Assembly: GCA_000934665.2 (NCBI GenBank)
Contig: KZ538243.1
Span: 62,001 to 93,019, forward strand
Source of the DNA: Catajapyx aquilonaris
Lineage: Eukaryota
Length of the DNA: 31,019 nt
Reading direction: 5' to 3'
Under the pieces are notes generated by a model that saw nothing but the letters and a program-made list of their open reading frames with translations, searched no databases and was not told where the DNA came from. Below are positions 21,901 through 31,019 of the stretch, piece after piece (positions within the stretch are counted from its first letter, which is position 1; each line of letters begins with the position of its first letter). The position numbers were made by a program, and so were the translations under genes.

Positions 21901-24900
21901 TTACGATGGCTGCAGCTTGTTCTAGGCGACAACCTAATAAATTTTAATAAGTTCATTCCTAATATTTGACTCATACAGAGCTAAGTGTTTGGGGACATCC
22001 GTGGACATCGTACATCAGCATAACAGCTGCTATACAAATAGATTGGATGAGAGATGAACATACGTATTATTGCCAATAATTCACATATATCGGAGTCGCA
22101 ATATTTGCACTGAATTAAAGCGATGAAATATGATGCCGATATCCATGATATGCTAATAAAGAGCATGTTTGGAATTTCTAATAAAAAAAATTGCATGGTT
22201 TTATTTGAAAGCGGAGAAGCAAATAAAATTTTATAAAAAGTACACGTTTCAGCATAGGAAATTTTGCATACATTTACGGGCTACTGTGTAACGTGAAATC
22301 GGAAAAATATTGCCGGCCGAACGTGAAATGTAATTTCAGAGAAGGCGAGGGATATAGTAACAGCTCATGTAACATGGTTCAGTGTTCATGTTTCGCCATA
22401 ATAATGAATTGGTAAACGAAATTGATTTTTTTTTACGCTACCGTACTTCGTTTTAGATCAAGGTACTGAGAATAAATATTGTAATAGTCATGAATATCCA
22501 TTGCAAACGTATAATGAACGAAGTTACAGGGTGTGTCTTTTTCCACGTTATTCATTTTTCAAGTTATAGAAGCTTCTGGTTACTACTTGCAGATCGAAAC
22601 GTAAGGTGATGGTAAATTCAGCTCAGACTTGTTACCATTCGGTAAGCAGCGTGGGATCTAGGCAAATAAAAATATTTCCACTTACGAAATTCCAGTGGCA
22701 TTCTCTAAAGGTAATGGGCATAATAGGCATGCCCCCACTGAAATTGCTAATGGCCGTTTGATACATTATTGCATACTGTATAATAACATAATTTTGTCGA
22801 ACTTGACGACAATGATTTCTGTCTATTGTCTAATAACAATAGCATAAGATATTTTCCTTGCTATACCGGTACCGGTACCTATAACGATGACAATTTTTTT
22901 TGTCACCTCCAAGGTGTTGGAGTGTAAATTTCTGGGTCCCCTCTTTCAAGCAGAAATCTGATGCTGCGACGGTTATAATGCCTCAGGGGGGTCCAGCATG
23001 TCGCACCTGCCTGGCATGTAAAACCTGGTTTCATGCCCAGAAGCAGCTTCTACCACCACCTAAAAAAAGGAAGAGGAGGGCGGGCCCTCTGAGCATTGTC
23101 ATCCAACTCACTGGCCATCAATCTTGATTCACTCTATCGGTTTACGTCGCCGAAAATTGCGATTATCCACGCTCTTACCGAAGTAAGGTTCGTGCCTCAT
23201 TCGGGAGTTCAAGTCGCACGTTGCAAAAGCCACGTTTTCACCACCGCGTGTTTCTATCTCTTTTTTTTAGGGTTGTCGGTTCATGATGGCCACCAAGAGT
23301 TTCCTCGCCGGTGGCTCGGCATTTAGCAGTTTTTCAAAAGCGATGGAAACCTTCTCGAGGTGGGGACCCCCCCTCTCTTGGAACTGATTCGATAGGGTTT
23401 ATTGTTCTTAAGGAATTCAGAGCCGACCTGTGCTGGAATATATCGGGGGGAGAAGACGCTATTAAGTAAATGGATTGACAACTTTTCAAAAGGATTGAGC
23501 CCAAATTTGTGTGAAATTGGGCTGTGACGGAGGCACTTTTTTGAAGAAGGGTTGGAATATTTCGGAGGTCAAGGGACATAGTTTTTGGTATGCTTTGCTG
23601 TGAGGCTGCCAGCTCGGACTTATTGGGTGGAATTTTCTGCTAACTTAGCAGTAAGTGTTGGCAATAGCAGTAACTAGCAGTGGTACTAAAACTCAACCCC
23701 CTGTTTTTTTTTTAAACTGTGGTGCACAATTACGGCGCCTTCATGTCGAAGAGAAAGTATACGTAATTAAACAAAGGTAAGATTTGTGGTGTGTGTTGTC
23801 ATCTTAGCATTGCCGTTGCGTGCACCTTTAGAGATACTAAAAGACCTTATCAGACAGGAGATCCATGGGGGCTATGGGAACCGCAGATGGGGGACCTTGA
23901 TGACGTGTACTGTAGAGGGAAAAGAATAAGAAGGTATGGACTTCTGTCAAGCATGGAGAACCTTTGCATGGGCAGAAAATTAAGGACGGCTAGTTTGCAA
24001 AGCCTACGATGTAATGAGAAGGTCGGATAGAAAAGGTGGGGGTGGGGGGGGGGGGGGAGAGGAAAGCACATCCTTTTTGGGGTCACGTGGTCTATTGTTC
24101 CATACGACAAGGGAATAACGGAGGTCTGGTTGCCGCATTCGCCCCCCTACCATTCTTGAACAGCTTATGTTTATGGTATTGCGTGAGTTTACCCTTGACG
24201 AGGATTGACCTGGTCGGGGTAATTTGAGTTGTACTGGAGGGGTATGGGAAATCTCAGGATAGTTAGGCGGACGGTCCTATTCACGTAATGACACGCTGTT
24301 GAGCGCAATATAAGCAGTGGGCATTGCGGAAGTGCGTTGTGGGTTGCATCATTTCAGGGACTAAATTGCAGCGTTTTACTGCAGCAAGTGCACTGCTCTT
24401 CAGTTACAATGTATGTATATAAGGTGGAACTGTGCGAGCACGCATTTAAAACCACCTTCCCCCGATTGAGAAGGGTCAGGTCAGGTCCCTTTTCATTCCG
24501 GCTCATTCAAAAAAGGGCTCGCCATGAACCGCGTGAGAATCCGGACCTGCCGTCTTTGCACCTGTACACAATCGGCATGCGAATTCCGTATGGTGGGTGG
24601 GGAAATAAGTGGCACATTGAACCTGGTGCACATCACGCATGTTGCATATCATATGGGAATAATAACGCATATGTTTCCTGTACGTCCCCCTAGCCTCACT
24701 CCATCATCACGATTTGTTAATATGTACAGTATTTGGATACATTTAATTGTCCCCAGGAAGTGGTGTGCAGCCAAGGTGAAGGTATTGCGTGTATGTGGAT
24801 CAGTTCGGGAGCGGCCTGCACTCTTGCTTCCCAGGCTATCCAAAACCTGCGGACCTGCCAATCTCGAGATAAGAGCTACTGGTTTTTCGGTGGGGGTGTG

Positions 24901-25439
24901 GTTTTTTTACATAGGGGTGGGCAAGCAAGGTAGCGTGGTATAGAAGNGGGGGGGGGGGGGGGACTGCTTGTGCCACTTTCGCCACTGGTTCTTCCAGAAC
25001 TGAATGTCTCCGGATCCGTAATGGCTTTCACTGACTTTTTTTGTTGCGTTCTGGTTCGGATCGTCTGGTCAATGATGGGAAAAAGTGAGGGATTGTCGCA
25101 GCTTTGGACCCGATTGGTTTTTGCCATGCGACTACTTGTCTTTGGCTGACTTTGTTACGGCCTGATGGCTGGAAGGCGGTAATGGGCACAGGTGCGGTGA
25201 CTTGGTACTGAGTGAGAGTCAAATGTGGTGGATAATACACATTAACAATTGATTAGTTTGGGGGTGAAATTGTAGTTGCAATAAGAAGCATTTCAGAGCT
25301 TATATTAAATTACCAGTTGAATAATCAAATAAAATTGGCTGGAACTGTATCTCTGAAGATCTCCACGTATTTCATTTAATATATTGTAATAAAAGCTACA
25401 TAAGTGTGTAAACCTCAATGCATTAAAAGAGCATCACCA

Positions 25440-25558
25440 TATACTGAATCTCCCATTGAGCATCACATATATTTTAATGCTATTGCAATGCTTTTTGTTG
25501 CAAAAATAGCATTACAAGAGCATTAAAATGTGTAATGCTCCATGGGAGACTCAGTATA
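25440..25558. mobile_element. Palindromic (hairpin) MITE
   Basis: tatactgaatctcccattgagcat...aatgc pairs imperfectly with gcatt...atgctccatgggagactcagtata along almost its full length; TA at both ends. Confidence 0.7.
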
Positions 25559-25694
25559 GTTATGCTTGGGTTAGTGGAAAGCATAACCAACGTATTATGT
25601 AGCGTGAATCAATAGAACAATGAATGGAAGCTATCTCGTTTTAATTATTGGTTAATCACTGATGATTATTACTACCTTACTAAGCATTATAGCT

Positions 25695-26325
25695 TGTACC
25701 TTACACCCAAATCCCGTATAGTCTACGCGCACCCCAAAAAAGTGGAGGGGTGGGGTAGTAAACAAAATGTGATTTAAAAAATCCCCGTTAAGATTATCTG
25801 GCCTTTAGAATTGATAATTATTAATCGTAACAGTGAAGCTAGGATGGCACCAAAGTTAGAGTTAATTTGACAGTTGACAACTTAAACAATATGATTACAC
25901 TTTGGACAGTGAATTTTTGTGGGGTCTCGTGCTGTCACTACATTAATTTGTTACGTAGGAGGACATAAATTTTCATGATGAACCTGAGGGGCCACACAAA
26001 CCCAAAGGCTGCATTGAAATTAATTTTAAAAAAATTGTAACTGAATTAAAATGTGATGATGATGTGTATTTAGACCTCAGTCCAATGTGCTACGATAAAA
26101 AATTGCAATTCAATTAATGCGAAATGGCTTTAAATATCCCTTCATTCAAAAATGTGCAGAAAATATTTCACTTCTGCAAGTCATGGAAAACGTTTTAAAT
26201 TTCTGTGACAATTTTTTCTAATTAATTTCAATGCAGTCTTTGGGTTTGTGTCACATTTTGTTTACTAGCCCACCTCTCCACTTTTTTGGGGGGGCGCGTA
26301 GACTACGGGATTTGGGTAAGGTACA
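25695..26325. mobile_element. Long-TIR foldback/MITE element with a ~220-bp interruption in the left arm
   Basis: 25695-25772 and 25995-~26025 are together the reverse complement of the contiguous right arm ~26220-26325. Confidence 0.85.
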
Positions 26326-28187
26326 CCATGGAATCCAGTAATTCAATCAATTCGCGAATTTTGGCAATTTATTTATAATGCAACTAGAAAATCATTGGCA
26401 GCAATGGCGACGTCACAATCAATCTTGAGAAGTACTTTAGAGTATAAATATGTGTTCGTTTATATAACACATGTTTGTTTGCCAAGGATATATCACGTTG
26501 AAAAACATGAAAAAATGAACACGAGAGTTGTGCAATAACGCACAGAAATGAAATACGGCTGGGACATATGCCACAAAAAAGGAAATGTCCTTTTTGTCGG
26601 TTTCAATGCCGGTGTGTTACCAGCTCCATGTCCGGGATAATTGCACGACAATATGCACTTTAAATGTGTTTACCGGCGGAAGTGGTAAAAAAAAACCAAC
26701 CCCCACGTTCCTTATGGGCTTTTTCAGGGATCCACTTCCTCACGCGATAAACCCGGATTATTACAGGAAGGATACCTATTTTTTTAATGCAATGTAATTC
26801 TCTTGCGTGTTAGCAGACCTGTTTTTTATTCGATGACCTGTCCTCATGCGCGGTCACGCAACAACCATGGGCTTGTTACGCTACGTAACAATGGTTTGCA
26901 AATGTGGGAAGTGTTGAGGGACTCAATTCCCCCGATGCCGGGCACCGTGGCCAGGAGGAGGTGCGGTTTTGTATTAATTGCCCGCAACCTTTGCTCCTTC
27001 AGGCCACCACCTACTACCTTTTTTTTTATTATTAAACATGGCGTGGAAGTGAGCGTAATTGACACTCTGCATGCCTTTTTATATTGCGAGATGATGACTT
27101 GTTTCGGAGTGGAAGTCATTACGGGGAACTTTCTAAAGTGGAAGCAACCTTTTGTTTTGTGGTCAACTTTTTTTCTTTTCTTCAGGAGGTCGGTAGTTTG
27201 CTATTGAGGAGGATTGGTAGCTGTTTGTGGTAACTGCAGGGGGGAAATGGTTGGGTCTGGCAAGCGTGTAATCACTGGATTGTTACCTTGCCGATTTGAA
27301 TCCAAGAGCTCCGGACTATGATGGCCAAGTGATATGAGATCCGGATCAAATTCACTGGTAGTAAAATACAGTGAAATTAATTAATAAACAATGTAGTTTA
27401 CAGATATTTCCGAATTAATATTATCTGAAACGTAAACACAAGCAGGTACTAGGCTACCAGGGACATTCTTATACAACAAGAAAGCAGTCGCGTAACATGT
27501 CACACTGAAGCGACGTAAATTACGTCTTGTTGTTGTAGTCAGCATACTTGGGACGATCAGAGCGTATACCAAAAACTCTTGATTTTTATCGCGAAAAGAA
27601 TCCAGTCACACGAGAACTTTCGTCTCTTCTTTCTCCCCCATCACACCCCTCTCTTTTTTTATGTCATGAGTGTATAAGGATGGGAATGTTTTGATTGTGG
27701 AGTACGGTACTTCCAGAACCCGCCACTTGTGATGGCCGATTGGTGGGGAAGTGTCTTGGGGGATTCTGAGAGAGAGAGAAGAGCCTCAACACTAGATCAA
27801 GGTGAAGCTCGCGTCGTTTTTCCCAAGCCGGCGTGTGAGAGTTCACATTGAAAGATCCTAACTAGTTCACGTGTGTTTGACACAGGTATAAAAATGCAAC
27901 CGATGTAGGCTAACCTGGTATCGGCTGGAACATCTTCATTTTTATAAAAGGAGGGTAACAGTAAATCAGCAACAATGGATCATTCGTGGTCACCCTTACA
28001 TTGCTTTATTATCACGGAGGGGCATTCATTGCAATCGGAGTATGTCATATTAGGAATTGTAATTGCAGGGGTGATTATACGGAGCATGATTTATCTGAGC
28101 AAATATTAAGGGTAATTAGGCATCTTCCATATAATTGCGGGCCCACATTTTGGAGGCACCCACATTATCAGCTAATGAATAATGCCA

Positions 28188-28189
<2 letters not shown>

Positions 28190-28255
<66 letters not shown>
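28190..28255. repeat. (TTA)22 microsatellite
   Basis: Directly visible. Confidence 0.98.
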
Positions 28256-28256
<1 letters not shown>

Positions 28257-28625
28257 GTGCTCTATTTTTCGCCAAAAAGTATAATATGTCGTCGGATGTC
28301 ATTTCCGTGCTATAACCGCCTGCATTTCATAAGTTGACCTTTGAACTCGCAGTTTCCCATCCACTTTGTCGCATCCGCGGTGCGAACCTGGTAATTAGGC
28401 GGAAACTCGTGGCGTCCGCACAATGGGCAAGAGAGGGGGGGGTGAAACCGGTTCCGAAAGGTATTGTGTTCCTCCCAAGCCGGTGGTTCCGCGTTAGGGC
28501 ACCCGCGGTCAACGGAAGAAGTGGTCCTCTTTTTTTTTATCTTCTTCTTCGTCGTCTTAGTATACTTGGTGCAAAACTAGGCCAGAATTGGCCATCTTTC
28601 TAGACGACGCACCTGCAGACCACAA

Positions 28626-28750
28626 CTTCGCGGAATTTCCCAGCCGCAAATTGAATTCCGCAGAAAACCATTGATTGTGCACTGCGGAGTCATTGTGGCA
28701 AATCAGCAAGGGTAAGGGGGGAATGTTTTGCGCGGAATTTAATTATACGG
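28626..28750. mobile_element. Possible degenerate hairpin MITE remnant
   Basis: ccgcaaattgaattccgcagaaaac is an imperfect inverse of gttttgcgcggaatttaattatacgg. Confidence 0.35.
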
Positions 28751-31019
28751 ATGTCCCACAGGTACAATGGGATACAATCTGTTCGGACCAATCGATCTCG
28801 GAGGGGTTCGGATGGTAGGTGGTCCACTCCACTTTGTGCGGCATGTTTGGCTGAGAAAATTCTCATGGAGTAATATTGCACCTTTGAAGTGCAAGTAGGT
28901 GATGTTCACCTTGGCCATTTAAAACTGGTGGTTCTCGCCCCCATACATAAGTTTACCCTGAAGAAATGTACAGATGCCAGGTAAATTTTTATTCAACGAT
29001 GGTATGGCATATGTCTTTTCCTGGGCCGACTGTATTTTGATTGTTGTGTTACGTCGACATTTTTGAGGAAGAAGGAAGTGTTCCTCTTTTTGTATACTTA
29101 CGGTGTGGTGTCCCCAACCGCGTTGGAAACAGGAACTGAGCAGGAAGCGAGGCAGAAACGAGCACCGCTTGTACAAGCCACGGGAAAAGCCACCATCCTC
29201 TTAGGAAGTTGAAAGGGCCAAAATAACACCTTTATCTTCACGGTTAGGCCGTGACGCCGATTGGAAACAGTGGCACCACCATATCTGGGGCTCTATGAAG
29301 AAGAAAAAAAAAAGAGGAAGGTGGTCCCGAAATGGATGCTGAGAGACCCGTTTTACCTCCCTGTCTCTAAGAGGGGTGGTCGTGTGTATATACGTGGTGT
29401 ATACCCTCCTCATCGGTTGTGTCCCTTGTATATGGGGGCCCCCTCTGTGTTTCTCCTTCTTGCGTGAAGGCAGAAACAAAGGCAAGGAAACCTCGGAGCA
29501 CCGTGAGAAAGTTTCTGCGGGAAGAATGGACGCGGAGGGCTTTATGCGAAGGTGCCATCGGTCAGGGCAGCAGCAGAAGAAGATGGGGAACGGAAGAGGA
29601 GGGAGGGAGAGTTTGGTTGGATGGATGCCTGTCATGATCACGCATGTCTTTTTTGGGGCCAGGGCATGATATCAAGATGGAGAAAGGTTGTCCAAAATGA
29701 CCGCGAAAGAGTTGCATGTAATTAGGGGGTTGCCGATGACATGACTTATCCTGTTCTACAAAAATGTCTCCTGCTTTGTTCAAATTAGCAAATCCTTGAA
29801 TTTGATTTTTTGTAACCATCACAGAATGCAGGAGTGATTCAGGAGTGATGTGGAATACGTATACAGACTGCGAACTGCCATCGTAATATTTTCAGAAGGT
29901 TAGGTATACGTTACGTCCAAAACCTAATTAGTAAGCTTGCTATTAATTTTAAGAATTCATCTGCCGTAAGCACGACATTGCACAACTGGGATTTCTACGT
30001 CTTCGTGCGAATGTTTGCCTCGCATGCAGATCCCCTTGAGAAGTACTTGACTGGAGGTGTAATTACCAAGTAATGTACGACCCCGTGTTTTTGCATGCAA
30101 GTCGAAGTTCAGTACACATACAGAGGCAAAAAAAAATATATGTGTGTGCGCTACCAGCAGTTGGGACGAAATACATCCCGCATTACGCAATGCGACTAAC
30201 GAGGCTCAAAGGTGAGATTCTTAATGAAAATAACCTTCTAGTTGTGGTATAGCTTCAAGAACCTTCTTCCCTTCCTCTTTTTAAAAAAAGTGTTAAAAGA
30301 ACAGTAATACCTGACTGACAGTCACCTCCTTATACTGCGACCCCATGTTTCGTGGGAAGAAAACTTTTCACGATCCGTGGAGTAGAAAACCAACCTGCAT
30401 GCTTCAGTCCATACACTTCTGTTTTGTGGATCTCACGGAACCCCCCCCCCCCCTTCTTCAGCACCCCCCTCTGCTTAAAAAAAATCCCCTGCCAATTTTT
30501 GAGCCCTGAATTTGTTTCCTTTGGTTCCCCCCTCCTACCAGCACTTATGCGATATAATTGTTCCCTCACCTGCGGCACTGACTGTACCCTTATCCCAAAG
30601 GACCGTCACAAAGGACATCCCCCTCAACCATCTCTAGGTGATTCCATCAGCATCCCGTGGGATAGTTGGGCAGGTGAAAGGTCTCCATATACACATGGGG
30701 GAATTGCGGATATAGGGGGATTATAAGGAGGATCAAGTGCGAGCCTGCTTGAGTCATAAGGCACACATGTTTACCTGCTCAAACTGTATAGATATGTGTG
30801 GGTGTACTGGGTCTACACCAGCAGAGTCACTTAGTCATTTGACAGAACACGATGGAGTGCTCCTGTTGGTATTGCAGCGTTCGTTGCGGTTACTTTTACC
30901 CATGGTTTGAGAATCTGTATGTACACGCTAAAAATTTTCGAGTGGTTTTCCGCTCTATTGGAGCGGTTTTTCACTCTTTCTCCCACTTGAAATGCAACCC
31001 AGTCTTTTTGAGTGAAAAC

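Noticed and set aside
24337..24943. Overlapping 118- and 139-aa ORFs
   Set aside because: No recognisable domain, atypical composition, and lengths compatible with chance in GC-balanced sequence
26625..27357. Stop-codon reassignment or readthrough in protein-looking frames (IQELRTMMAK*YEIRIKFT; similar frames near 11900-12287 and 29820-29898)
   Set aside because: Full translation of the frame gave about 9 stops of all three types in ~245 codons, near random expectation; FTSJ1 uses the standard code; no homologue recognised

Overview
Eukaryotic (animal; splice signals are nematode-like) genomic DNA. One confidently identified gene: a three-exon FTSJ1/TRM7 tRNA anticodon-loop 2'-O-methyltransferase on the minus strand (2329-2209, 1834-1765, 1679-971; 299 aa). 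The remaining ~28 kb has no recognisable host protein-coding sequence. It carries non-autonomous DNA transposons (a hAT/Charlie MITE with an 8-bp TSD, pogo/Tigger-type MITEs, a hAT transposase relic, foldback elements), a 33-bp minisatellite, microsatellites and long G-tracts. It also has GC-richer, homopolymer-rich islands containing many CSL/Su(H)/LAG-1 sites (two resembling paired sites), Hes-type E-boxes and homeodomain sites, which suggests a Notch-responsive cis-regulatory landscape. A perfect 28-bp-stem hairpin and several orphan candidate exons also deserve follow-up. No clearly novel system could be demonstrated from sequence alone.
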